The position numbers and the translations under genes were made by a program. From positions 233,749 to 297,748 of the forward strand of contig JBDWMJ010000018.1 of NCBI GenBank assembly GCA_039972695.1: DNA of 64,000 bases. The letters run 5' to 3'. Source of the DNA: Roseibium sp. GTDB taxonomy: Bacteria > Pseudomonadota > Alphaproteobacteria > Rhizobiales > Stappiaceae. The notes below the pieces were generated by a model. It ran no database searches. It saw only the letters and a program-made list of their open reading frames with translations, and was not told where the DNA came from. Within the stretch, counting starts at the first letter, position 1; each line of letters begins with the position of its first letter. Positions 1 to 8,694 of the stretch are shown piece by piece.

Positions 1-7
1 CAGCAGA

Positions 8-709
8 ATGGAAAGTATGACGGCACCGTCTAAATATATGTTCAGCACAGACTTCTCTGAACCAGAGGAGCAGGAGGTCGTTGCGCCTCCGGTGCCGGAA
101 GTGCCCAAGATAACTGTGGCAGAGCACAAGAAGTTGCTTGAGCAAGCAAAGGCAACTGCCTTCGAAGAAGGACGGGCTGAGGCGCTCAAGGATTTGCAGA
201 CCAAACAGGAGACATTACTGACAGCGGAAGTGAAGCAACTTGCTGGTGCTGTTGGTGATGTGTTGGGAACATTGGATGAAATCCAGGCGCATCGGGAAAA
301 AGATGCGATCGGTCTCTCATTTCTTGTGGCTAGACGCCTTTGTGCCCACTTGATTGCTCGGCAGCCGCTGGCGGAAACAGTAGCATTGGTGTCAGAGTGT
401 CTAGGCCCTCTGCGGAAAGCCCCGCACTTGGTTATTCGAGTCGCGGAGCGGGACGTTGAAGCTCTGAAGACACAGGTTGATCCGATCGTTCTTGAAAACG
501 GTTTCGATGGCCGGTTGGTTATCCTGGGAGAACCTGAAATTGGCCGGGGAGACTGCCATATTGAATGGGCAGATGGCGGTATCAAGAGAGATCGTAAGGC
601 TCTCGAAGCGGAAATCGACGGCAGTATACGTGCCTACTTAAAGGCACGCGGTACCTCAAAAACGGCAAAGACACCGGAACAGGTGCCGGAAAAGGACGCT
701 AACGGATGA
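8..709 (+). CDS. fliH: flagellar export/assembly protein, FliH-like (could begin upstream of the window)
   Basis: 233-aa ORF. The N half is Ala/Glu/Lys-rich and helical (AEHKKLLEQAKATAFEEGRAEALKDLQ). The C-terminal block HLVIRVAERDVEAL...GDCHIEWADGGIKRD resembles the FliH/YscL C-domain. Its stop overlaps the fliN start (ATGA at 706-709). No in-frame stop lies between the window edge and the ATG at 8. Confidence 0.55.
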   Translation: MESMTAPSKYMFSTDFSEPEEQEVVAPPVPEVPKITVAEHKKLLEQAKATAFEEGRAEALKDLQTKQETLLTAEVKQLAGAVGDVLGTLDEIQAHREKDAIGLSFLVARRLCAHLIARQPLAETVALVSECLGPLRKAPHLVIRVAERDVEALKTQVDPIVLENGFDGRLVILGEPEIGRGDCHIEWADGGIKRDRKALEAEIDGSIRAYLKARGTSKTAKTPEQVPEKDANG

Positions 710-1041
710 GTGACGAGCAAGACACAAATATTCAGCTGGATGAACTTGAAGCACCTGAGCGGAACTTGGGCGAAGAAGAAATTGTCGCGCCGCAATCTGC
801 AGCAGATTTGGAAGCGGTGTTTGATGTTCCTGTTCGCATTTCTGCAGTTCTCGGCCACTCCAAAATGCATGTTTCCGATTTGCTGAAACTGGCATCCGGG
901 ACAGTTTTGGAACTCGACCGTAAGGTAGGTGAAGCAATCGATATTTATGTGAACGACCGTCTGGTTGCACGTGGAGAGGTTGTGCTCGTTGAGGACAAGC
1001 TGGGTGTAACCATGACCGAGATCATCAAGACGGATCGGTAA
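706..1041 (+). CDS. fliN: flagellar motor switch protein FliN
   Basis: 111 aa. C-terminal SpoA/FliN domain VPVRISAVLGHSKMHVSDLLKLASGTVLELDRKVGEAIDIYVNDRLVARGEVVLVEDKLGVTMTEII. Translationally coupled to the upstream gene. Confidence 0.9.
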   Translation: MSDEQDTNIQLDELEAPERNLGEEEIVAPQSAADLEAVFDVPVRISAVLGHSKMHVSDLLKLASGTVLELDRKVGEAIDIYVNDRLVARGEVVLVEDKLGVTMTEIIKTDR

Positions 1042-1053
1042 GGAAGGTAACGG

Positions 1054-2412
1054 ATGCGTCTTTTAATAGTCGGGACACTTGGCGGCCAGCTGACGACAGC
1101 TTCTAAGATTGCAATGCAGGGAGGGGCGAAGGTCACCCATGCAGACGATGTGGAGGGTGCCCTAAAGGTTCTCAGGTCCGGTCAAGGTGCAGATCTATTG
1201 ATGGTCGAAGTTCATCTCGACATCAGTGGCCTCATAGCGAAACTTCAGAACGAACGGATGCATGTTCCCGTCGTCGCGTGCGGTGTGGAAACTGATGCGC
1301 AGGCTGCGGTCTCCGCAATTCGAGCTGGTGCCAAGGAATACATCCCGCTTCCGCCTGACCCGGAAATGATAGCTGCTGTTCTTGCAGCTGTTGCCCAGGA
1401 ACGCGGCGATCTGATCTACCGCGACGAAGCGATGGCTGTTGTTGTGAAACTGGCTGAACAGGTCGCTCCGTCGGAAGCGTCGGTGTTGATTACCGGTGAA
1501 TCTGGAACCGGTAAGGAAGTGATTGCCCGGCACGTCCACAAGTGCTCCAAGCGCGCGTCGAAACCGTTCATTTCGATAAATTGTGCTGCAATTCCTGAAC
1601 ACCTTCTGGAATCGGAATTGTTTGGTCATGAAAAGGGAGCTTTTACCGGCGCGGTAGCACGCCGTATTGGCAAATTTGAAGAGGCCGACGGCGGTACCTT
1701 GCTGCTTGACGAAATTTCCGAAATGGATGTGCGATTGCAATCCAAATTGCTTCGAGCCATTCAGGAGCGCGTGATTGACCGTGTCGGGGGAACGCGTCCT
1801 GTCCCGGTCAATATCCGTATTCTGGCAACATCAAACCGCGACCTTGGTGAAAGTGTTCGGCAAGGGCAATTCCGGGAAGATCTTCTTTTCCGACTGAATG
1901 TTGTCAATCTGAAGCTTCCGGCTTTACGGGAACGTCCTGCAGATGTCATGGAGCTTGCCCAGTTCTTCATCAAACACTATTCCGAGGCGAATGGTGTTCC
2001 TATCAAACCGTTTTCGGTGGATGCCCGCCAGGCTCTGATGACCAATACTTGGCCCGGAAACGTTCGGGAGTTGGAGAATACAATTCACCGGGCAACCCTT
2101 TTGGCAGTGGGCGACGAAATTGGCGTTGAAGCCATCCGTATGCCGGACGGGTCTCCTTTGGGTGTTTCCCGCGGCCCCGCAGAATTGGCAGCCCAGACCG
2201 CAGAAGCTGTAACGCGGTCATTTGTTGGTCGTACGGTCTCAGATGTCGAACGGGACCTTATCCTGGATACACTTGACCATTGTCTCGGCAACAGGACCCA
2301 CGCAGCGAAAATCCTGGGTATTTCCATTCGAACGCTGCGCAACAAACTTAATCAATACACTGATGAAGGGGTTCAGGTGCCAGGTCCGGGAGAAGCGCGG
2401 CAGGGAGCCTGA
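1054..2412 (+). CDS. flbD: sigma-54-dependent flagellar transcriptional regulator FlbD (receiver-AAA+-Fis HTH)
   Basis: Walker A GESGTGKE, sigma-54 contact loop EKGAFTGA, Walker B LLLDEISE, and C-terminal HTH NRTHAAKILGISIRTLRNKL. The N-terminal MRLLIVGTLGGQL receiver is typical of FlbD. Confidence 0.9.
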   Translation: MRLLIVGTLGGQLTTASKIAMQGGAKVTHADDVEGALKVLRSGQGADLLMVEVHLDISGLIAKLQNERMHVPVVACGVETDAQAAVSAIRAGAKEYIPLPPDPEMIAAVLAAVAQERGDLIYRDEAMAVVVKLAEQVAPSEASVLITGESGTGKEVIARHVHKCSKRASKPFISINCAAIPEHLLESELFGHEKGAFTGAVARRIGKFEEADGGTLLLDEISEMDVRLQSKLLRAIQERVIDRVGGTRPVPVNIRILATSNRDLGESVRQGQFREDLLFRLNVVNLKLPALRERPADVMELAQFFIKHYSEANGVPIKPFSVDARQALMTNTWPGNVRELENTIHRATLLAVGDEIGVEAIRMPDGSPLGVSRGPAELAAQTAEAVTRSFVGRTVSDVERDLILDTLDHCLGNRTHAAKILGISIRTLRNKLNQYTDEGVQVPGPGEARQGA

Positions 2413-2480
2413 GTATCAGTTGGCGAATTCAGCCAGCATCTTGGCAGTTTAAAAATCACGCATAAGGAACGCGAAAAGAA

Positions 2481-4661
2481 ATGTCGGATTCGACAGTAGA
2501 GGGACAAGGTGGTCCAGTAGGACCCGGACCGGAGCAGCAACCTGCTGCTGCAGGCCCGCCTGTGTCTGCTGGTATCGGACTGCCAAGTTTTAATGAGATA
2601 GTCGACACGCTTCGTAAGGGTGATATCGGTCTGGCGACAGGCATTATCATCATTCTTACGCTTCTGATTTTGCCGATGCCCCCGGTCATGCTGGATATGT
2701 TCCTGGCGGTATCGATTATCTTTTCTGTTCTCGTGTTGATGACCGGACTGTTCATTCAAAGGCCGCTGGAATTCTCCTCATTCCCGACTGTCCTTTTGAT
2801 CGCGACTATGTTGCGGCTTGGTCTGAACATTGCCTCTACACGTTTGATCCTTTCCAATGGTCATGAAGGAACTGCTGCGGCTGGAAACGTGATCCAGTCC
2901 TTTGGCAATCTTGTCATGGGAGGAAATTTCGTAATCGGGATCATCGTGTTTGCGATTCTCGTGATCGTGAATTTTGTTGTTATTACAAAAGGTTCCGGTC
3001 GTATTGCTGAAGTGGCTGCAAGGTTCACTCTTGATGCGATGCCGGGTAAACAGATGGCGATTGACGCCGATCTGTCTGCTGGTCTGATTGATGAAACGAC
3101 GGCAAAAACCCGCCGTAAAGATCTTGAAGACGAAAGTTCATTTTTCGGGGCAATGGATGGTGCTTCAAAATTCGTGCGTGGTGACGCCATTGCCGGATTG
3201 CTGATCACATTTATCAACATTCTTGGCGGGATCTTCATCGGTGTCGCGCAGATGGACCTGAGCTTCTCAGAGGCTGCTAACAATTATACGCTGTTGACTA
3301 TCGGGGATGGGCTTGTTTCGCAGATACCTGCTCTCATTGTATCCACCGCTGCCGGCCTGCTGGTTTCAAAGGCGGGGGTCCATGGCGCTGCAGACAAGGC
3401 TCTTGCGAGTCAGTTTACCGGGTATCCGAAGGCGCTTGGTATGTCTGCGGCAGTGATGGTCGTTCTTGCGCTTCTTCCAGGTATGCCGATGCTTCCATTT
3501 CTTGGTCTCGCTGGCGGGGCCGGTTATCTGGCCTTCAAAACCAGCAGGGACAAAAAGCAGGAAGCAGCTAAAGTTGTGCAAAAGCAACTTGTTGAATCAG
3601 CGCCTCAACCACCACCTGAACCGCCGATAACCGATGCCCTTAAAATGGATGAACTGCGCATTGAATTGGGCTATGCGCTTCTTCCGCTTATCAATGGCAA
3701 GGAGCAGAATGGCGGCGATGTTCTGACAGAACAAATCAAGGCGCTGCGTCGTCAAATTGCCGGGGACATGGGAGTTATCATGCCGCCTGTCCGCATTCTC
3801 GATAACATTCAGCTTGGCGCAAATGACTATGTCATCAAGGTCAAGGAAGTCGAGGCTGGGCGCGGATTACTCTATCCAAATCACTTTATGGTAATGGATC
3901 CGGCTGGCGGACAGGTGAAACTGCCCGGTACGCACACGACAGAGCCTACTTTCGGGCTGCCTGCGACATGGGTCGAAGCTCAGTATCGCGAAGATGCGTC
4001 CCTGCGCGGCTATACTGTTGTTGATCCGGCGACTGTATTGTCGACCCACCTCACCGAAACGATAAAGGGCAATATCAGCGAATTACTGACCTACGGCGAT
4101 GTCCAGAAATTGCTCAAGGAACTGCAGGGCGAACAGGCGAAACTCGTCGAGGACCTCATACCGTCCCAGATTACTGTTTCCGGTATTCAGCGTGTCCTTC
4201 AGGCACTTCTCAATGAAAGAATATCGGTTCGTGATCTTGGGACGATTCTGGAAGGTGTATCAGAAGCGACCGGCATGACCCGTAATACAGATTCGATTGC
4301 GGAGCATGTTCGTAGTCGTCTCGGGCGGCAGATTTGCGCAGCAAACTTATCGCCTGGTGGTTATTTGCCATTGATCGCCATGTCACCGCAGTGGGAACAG
4401 GCATTTTTGGAATCGATTGTGGGCGAGGGTGATGATCGTCAGCTCGCCATGCAACCAAGCAAATTGCAGGAGTTTGTTGGCCTGGTTAGGGATGCATTCG
4501 AAGAGGCAGCGCAACAAGGCGAGGTTCCTGTGTTGCTCACTTCTCCGCAGACACGTCCGTTTGTGCGATCCATTGTGGAGCGTTTCCGTGCCCATACTAC
4601 AGTAATGAGCCAAGGCGAGGTTCATCCGCGTGTTAAGCTGAAGACTATAGGCTCGATTTGA
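2481..4661 (+). CDS. flhA: flagellar type III export apparatus protein FlhA
   Basis: 726 aa. Eight-TM N-domain with the conserved RFTLDAMPGKQMAIDADL loop and a large cytoplasmic C-domain (FHIPEP family). Has a Pro/Gly/Ala-rich N-terminal extension of about 35 aa. Confidence 0.95.
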   Translation: MSDSTVEGQGGPVGPGPEQQPAAAGPPVSAGIGLPSFNEIVDTLRKGDIGLATGIIIILTLLILPMPPVMLDMFLAVSIIFSVLVLMTGLFIQRPLEFSSFPTVLLIATMLRLGLNIASTRLILSNGHEGTAAAGNVIQSFGNLVMGGNFVIGIIVFAILVIVNFVVITKGSGRIAEVAARFTLDAMPGKQMAIDADLSAGLIDETTAKTRRKDLEDESSFFGAMDGASKFVRGDAIAGLLITFINILGGIFIGVAQMDLSFSEAANNYTLLTIGDGLVSQIPALIVSTAAGLLVSKAGVHGAADKALASQFTGYPKALGMSAAVMVVLALLPGMPMLPFLGLAGGAGYLAFKTSRDKKQEAAKVVQKQLVESAPQPPPEPPITDALKMDELRIELGYALLPLINGKEQNGGDVLTEQIKALRRQIAGDMGVIMPPVRILDNIQLGANDYVIKVKEVEAGRGLLYPNHFMVMDPAGGQVKLPGTHTTEPTFGLPATWVEAQYREDASLRGYTVVDPATVLSTHLTETIKGNISELLTYGDVQKLLKELQGEQAKLVEDLIPSQITVSGIQRVLQALLNERISVRDLGTILEGVSEATGMTRNTDSIAEHVRSRLGRQICAANLSPGGYLPLIAMSPQWEQAFLESIVGEGDDRQLAMQPSKLQEFVGLVRDAFEEAAQQGEVPVLLTSPQTRPFVRSIVERFRAHTTVMSQGEVHPRVKLKTIGSI

Positions 4662-4708
4662 CAATCCACGAATGTCTAAATTGATGTTTTGCAGAGTAAA
4701 TATCGAAA

Positions 4709-4990
4709 TCAGATCGACATATTGATCCGAGCACCGATGGCCGTGGGACTGGCGTAAGTCGCCTGCGGTGAATAGCGATTTTGCATTGTCGACAAGGCTT
4801 GCTGCTGAACCATCTGCGTGTTGATGCTGGTCACCGAACTGGACAGCTGACTGCGAAGTGTTTGGCTTTTCTGAATGGAAGAGGAGCGTTTTGCGCCCCA
4901 GCCCTTATTGTAGTTGGTCCACTTTGATCTACGCTTCGAACTGAACTTACTGTGGTAGTCCCGCTGAACGTAATTTCCAACTTTAGGCAT
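4709..4990 (-). CDS. hypothetical small basic Ser/Gln-rich protein (93 aa)
   Basis: ATG preceded by AGGAG about 8 nt upstream (complement of ctcct at 5001-5005). Sequence is low-complexity and basic with almost no acidic residues. Convergent with flhA. A TTAA-N7-TTAAC box lies about 50 nt upstream. Confidence 0.55.
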   Translation of the reverse strand: MPKVGNYVQRDYHSKFSSKRRSKWTNYNKGWGAKRSSSIQKSQTLRSQLSSSVTSINTQMVQQQALSTMQNRYSPQATYASPTAIGARINMSI

Positions 4991-5035
4991 TTGAGCATCT
5001 CTCCTGGATACACGTTTATCCTTCGCAAATTACAG

Positions 5036-5050
5036 TTAACAGACCGTTAA
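5036..5050. promoter_or_regulatory. CtrA-box-like motif TTAA-N7-TTAA (TTAAcggtctgTTAAC on the minus strand)
   Basis: Exact match to the alphaproteobacterial CtrA consensus half-site spacing. Lies in the divergent region between the small basic protein gene (start 4990) and the GNAT gene (start 5136). Confidence 0.45.
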
Positions 5051-5135
5051 TTCTGTGCGTCTTGCAAGGCCAACTTGGCGTTCTTCCCAAGAGCTGGTAA
5101 GGCCGATGTTCAGGGTTGCCAAACAAGGGTAAAAT

Positions 5136-5750
5136 ATGACTGAGCTGGTGCTGAATCTGGACGGGTACACCGATGTCCCTGATACGAAGATCGCGTTTGT
5201 TGTAACGCATTTGGAAATGACATCAGCCCCACAAGAACCTCTTTCCAAAACAAGGTCAGATCTGGTTCTGGAACGTTGGAATAAACCCGGTGTAGACGAC
5301 TACAGAAAGCTGTTTCGCGATGTGGGCGAAAACTGGATTTGGTTCGGCCGGCTTAGAAAATCAGCAGAAGATCTGGAGAAACTGCTTCACGAACCAGCGC
5401 GTGAACACTTCCGGCCGATGAAAGATGGAAAACCAGTTGGGATCCTGGAATTGAATTACGCGAATATGGAAACCGTTGAACTGGCCTATTTTGGCTTGGT
5501 TCCGGGTGCCATTGGTGGTGGTGTCGGGCGCTGGTTGATGTCTCAAGCCGTTAGCATGGCTTGGTCTCGCCCGGAAACAAAACGGATCTGGTTACACACG
5601 TGCACCGGCGATAGTCCGCAGGCGATGAAATTTTACATGTCGTGCGGCTTCAAACCTTTCAAACGTTGTATTGAAGTGGTCGATGACCCACGCTTGGAGG
5701 GACTGCTTCCGAAGACCTCATCACCGCATGTTCCTTACCTCGCCGATTAA
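5136..5750 (+). CDS. GNAT family N-acetyltransferase
   Basis: 204 aa. Acetyl-CoA binding motif region GGGVGRWLMSQAV and C-terminal ...QAMKFYMSCGFKPF typical of GNAT. Confidence 0.8.
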   Translation: MTELVLNLDGYTDVPDTKIAFVVTHLEMTSAPQEPLSKTRSDLVLERWNKPGVDDYRKLFRDVGENWIWFGRLRKSAEDLEKLLHEPAREHFRPMKDGKPVGILELNYANMETVELAYFGLVPGAIGGGVGRWLMSQAVSMAWSRPETKRIWLHTCTGDSPQAMKFYMSCGFKPFKRCIEVVDDPRLEGLLPKTSSPHVPYLAD

Positions 5751-5761
5751 GCCTGTATGGC

Positions 5762-6868
5762 CTAAGCACTCATCTTGACCCTTTCCGGGAATGCGGCGGC
5801 GATTGCCTGACGGTTTGGTGCAAGGATCCCTCGCTCTGTAATTAGACCTGTCACGAGCCGGGCAGGCGTCACGTCAAAGGCGGGATTGCCTACGTCTGAG
5901 CCATCTGCGACAATATTGATCGTCTCGATTGCTCCGCTATCCGTTTTCCCCGTCATGCGACTTACTTCTTCGCCATTGCGCTCTTCGATAGGAATCTCGC
6001 GTACTCCGTCCGACAGGGAAAAGTCAATGGTTGGCGATGGAAGGGCTACGTAGAAGGGCACTTCATTGTCTTTTGCGGCAAGCGCTTTCAGGTAAGTGCC
6101 GATCTTGTTGCAAACATCCCCGGTGGCAGTTGTGCGATCTGTTCCGGTAATGACGAGATCGACTTCGCCATGTTGCATAAGATGACCGCCAGCATTGTCC
6201 ACGATCACTGTGTGTGGAACCCCGTGGTGTCCTAGCTCCCAGGCGGTCAGGAAGGCTCCCTGATTGCGTGGTCTTGTCTCGTCGACCCAGACATGAACTG
6301 GAATTCCGCCGTTGTGTGACATGTAGACAGGCGCCGTTGCGGTTCCCCAGTCGACAGTTGCAAGCCACCCTGCATTGCAATGAGTAAGGATGTTGACGGG
6401 TTCACCTTCGCGTTTTGTGCGGGAGATCTCGGCTATGATTTCCATTCCGTGCATGCCGATCGCCATGTTGATGGCAATGTCCTCATCGCAAATGTCATTG
6501 GCAAGCTTGTAAGAGGCTTGAACACGGTTTTCTGGTGGTACCTGGATCAGGGTCTTCCGTGCAATATCTAGAGCCCAGCGAAGATTGACAGCCGTTGGGC
6601 GTGTTTCAAGGAGCATGGAACAAGCGGCATGCAGGGCCGCATCGGAAGTGTCGGCCAACATGGCCAGCGCAACACCATAGGCGGCTGTTGCCCCAATCAG
6701 CGGAGCCCCACGTACCTGCATTTCCCGGATGGAATAGGCCGCATCTTCCAAAGTGCGCAGTTTTGCGATTTCAAATGCATAGGGAAATTTGGTCTGGTCG
6801 ATGATCTCAACCGTTGTGCCATCTTCGGCGAGCCAGATCGTACGATATCTTTTGCCGTCAACATCCAT
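5762..6868 (-). CDS. mtnA: S-methyl-5-thioribose-1-phosphate isomerase
   Basis: eIF-2B alpha/beta/delta-like family motifs [16 protein letters not shown] and [19 protein letters not shown] prefer the ATG at 6868 (AAGGAG 7 nt upstream) over the GTG at 6892 in the ORF track. Confidence 0.9.
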   Translation of the reverse strand: MDVDGKRYRTIWLAEDGTTVEIIDQTKFPYAFEIAKLRTLEDAAYSIREMQVRGAPLIGATAAYGVALAMLADTSDAALHAACSMLLETRPTAVNLRWALDIARKTLIQVPPENRVQASYKLANDICDEDIAINMAIGMHGMEIIAEISRTKREGEPVNILTHCNAGWLATVDWGTATAPVYMSHNGGIPVHVWVDETRPRNQGAFLTAWELGHHGVPHTVIVDNAGGHLMQHGEVDLVITGTDRTTATGDVCNKIGTYLKALAAKDNEVPFYVALPSPTIDFSLSDGVREIPIEERNGEEVSRMTGKTDSGAIETINIVADGSDVGNPAFDVTPARLVTGLITERGILAPNRQAIAAAFPERVKMSA

Positions 6869-6952
6869 GCTGAAACTCCTTGAAAACTGCACCTGATGTT
6901 TGCATAGCCCATGATTAATGCACAGGCCAGCGCGGGCTTGCTGGTGTCAGGG

Positions 6953-6967
6953 TTAAAAATAGCTTAA
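6953..6967. promoter_or_regulatory. CtrA-box-like motif TTAA-N7-TTAA (TTAAgctatttTTAAC on the minus strand)
   Basis: Exact TTAA-N7-TTAA in the divergent mtnA / 7095-ORF intergenic region. A further TTAA lies at 6974-6977. Confidence 0.4.
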
Positions 6968-7043
6968 TCTTCGTTAACCAAGTCAAACGGATTGCCGGTG
7001 GATACCTGTGGTCGCAGGTGTCACGGAGGTTCCGGACTGGAGA

Positions 7044-7085
7044 GACTCAGCTAAGAGTCGAGGCAACAAGAGTTAACATGGAGTC
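7044..7085. promoter_or_regulatory. cluster of three GANTC (CcrM-type methylation) sites
   Basis: GACTC 7044-7048, GAGTC 7055-7059 and GAGTC 7081-7085, all within 42 bp directly upstream of the ATG at 7095. Confidence 0.5.
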
Positions 7086-7094
7086 AGCCGCCTC

Positions 7095-7676
7095 ATGTCT
7101 GAAATGCAGGATAACGTGGTTCCACATACGCGCATGAGATCCTTGCGCGATGCGATCCGCAAGGTTCAGCTTGGTGAAGTCGAGCGATCAGATGTGGTTG
7201 TGGAGCTACAGGATACAGAGCGTGCCCGGCTCGAAATGTTGGCTGACGAGCTCAAGGATGTCTTTAAAGAGATCCCTGATGATGACGACCAGTTTTCGCT
7301 TCAGATCATTTCAGGATCCACGCCCCGGCTATGGATAGACGCAACCAGCCATGTTGTTGTTGGCGGTGACCGCAAGACCTATCGTTTTCTCAAGGACACT
7401 AGACTAGGTCGCGTTGTCATTCTGGAAACATCGAATATTGACGATATGGCGGATTGTCTGACGGAATATATTGCCGAACGTGTGCTTGAGCGCGAAAAGG
7501 CTCTGGAGGGCGATTGGCTGAACAACCGTATGCGGCAGGTTGCGCTTGAATCGAAGGTTGTTCGGGTGAGCGAAAGCAGAACTCCGTGGCTGTCGGTTTT
7601 TGGAGCGTTTTCGATTGGCATAGCTGCCGGTGTTGTCGGTTTGGTCGCATTTGCCTGGTTTGCAAATCCGCTTTGA
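7095..7676 (+). CDS. hypothetical tail-anchored membrane protein (193 aa)
   Basis: Soluble N-terminal region of about 165 aa with a charged helical segment (ERARLEMLADELKDVFKEIPDDDD), then a single C-terminal TM helix (WLSVFGAFSIGIAAGVVGLVAFAWF). No recognisable enzymatic motif. Confidence 0.6.
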   Translation: MSEMQDNVVPHTRMRSLRDAIRKVQLGEVERSDVVVELQDTERARLEMLADELKDVFKEIPDDDDQFSLQIISGSTPRLWIDATSHVVVGGDRKTYRFLKDTRLGRVVILETSNIDDMADCLTEYIAERVLEREKALEGDWLNNRMRQVALESKVVRVSESRTPWLSVFGAFSIGIAAGVVGLVAFAWFANPL

Positions 7677-7719
7677 AGGCCTAGAGCCAATATAGCGCTA
7701 AAACTTTAAACGTCGGGCG

Positions 7720-8640
7720 CTAGCAAATATCCACCAGCCGATCCCTTAGGAGGGTAACTGGTTCTCTAGGCGCGTCAAAGCCATGTTCTTCCATTCGACA
7801 GTTCCATCCGTCGTCGGTTTTTTCGATTGAGAATAGATTGTAGCGAGCTGCGGGTTTTTTTCCTCCCGGCGCACTCGTTGCAGACGGAACACCAATGACC
7901 GGGATTTGCCCGCCGGGCCCTTCTATCGTCTCAAAACTGTCTATGTGCGTATGTCCATGCAGGATTAGTTCGGCACCTGCACGTTTGAGCACGGCGCGAA
8001 ACTGAGAAGCATCTGCCAGTCGCTTGTGCCAGCGAGTCGCGTTTTCGAATGGTGGATGATGGATCAAGACGACACGGAAGAGGTTTTCTTTTCTTAACTC
8101 CTCCAGTGTTGTTCGAAGGCGCTGGCATTGCTTTGCGCCAACCCGTCCAGTCGCAAACCAGGGCGCAGACGGTCTGCCGGTTGTTACGCCAACCAATGCG
8201 ACGTCGCCTCGTCTACGAACGTAGGGAAATGTAGCTTCCCCTCTGACATTTTGGGCCGGAGCCGGGGCTGCGTTGTCGCCTGACATATAGGGCCACCAGG
8301 CCGTTCTAGCTTTCCTCACAGCTCCTGGCACGTAAGCGTCATGATTGCCGGGGACCACCGATACGTCATTGGGGCCTCCAATTTCTTCCAGCCAGGTTCT
8401 GGCGCCGGAAATTTCGAGAGGAAGAGCGATATTTACCAGATCACCAGTAACCGCAATGTGGTCCAGTGTCTTGGATTTCATATCCTCAATCAATTGTTCC
8501 AGGTAATTCCCGCCCATGATTTTTGAGCGGTTACGCTGCCAATTCAGGTAACCCAGAATGCGTTTTGAAAACAGCTGGAGGAGTTTGGGGTCGGGTAAGG
8601 GACCGAGATGAGGATCAGAAAGATGTGCAAGTTTAAACAT
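7720..8640 (-). CDS. metallophosphoesterase (calcineurin-like)
   Basis: Ordered motifs SDPHLG, GDLVN, GNHD, HHPP, GHTH. Confidence 0.85.
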   Translation of the reverse strand: MFKLAHLSDPHLGPLPDPKLLQLFSKRILGYLNWQRNRSKIMGGNYLEQLIEDMKSKTLDHIAVTGDLVNIALPLEISGARTWLEEIGGPNDVSVVPGNHDAYVPGAVRKARTAWWPYMSGDNAAPAPAQNVRGEATFPYVRRRGDVALVGVTTGRPSAPWFATGRVGAKQCQRLRTTLEELRKENLFRVVLIHHPPFENATRWHKRLADASQFRAVLKRAGAELILHGHTHIDSFETIEGPGGQIPVIGVPSATSAPGGKKPAARYNLFSIEKTDDGWNCRMEEHGFDAPREPVTLLRDRLVDIC

Positions 8641-8653
8641 GATGGCGCATCAT

Positions 8654-8694
8654 CAAATCAAAAAGCGCCGCGTCAAGGAAAAAGACACGGCGCT
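8654..8694 (-). terminator. rho-independent terminator/attenuator-like hairpin
   Basis: On the minus strand, AGCGCCGTGTC-loop(9)-GACGCGGCGCT (one mismatch) is followed by TTTTGATTTG. The T-tract ends 14 nt before the metallophosphoesterase ATG. Confidence 0.6.

Noticed and set aside
1195-1740. 181-aa antisense ORF within flbD
   Set aside because: It overlaps the conserved AAA+ core of FlbD on the opposite strand and has no motif or SD.
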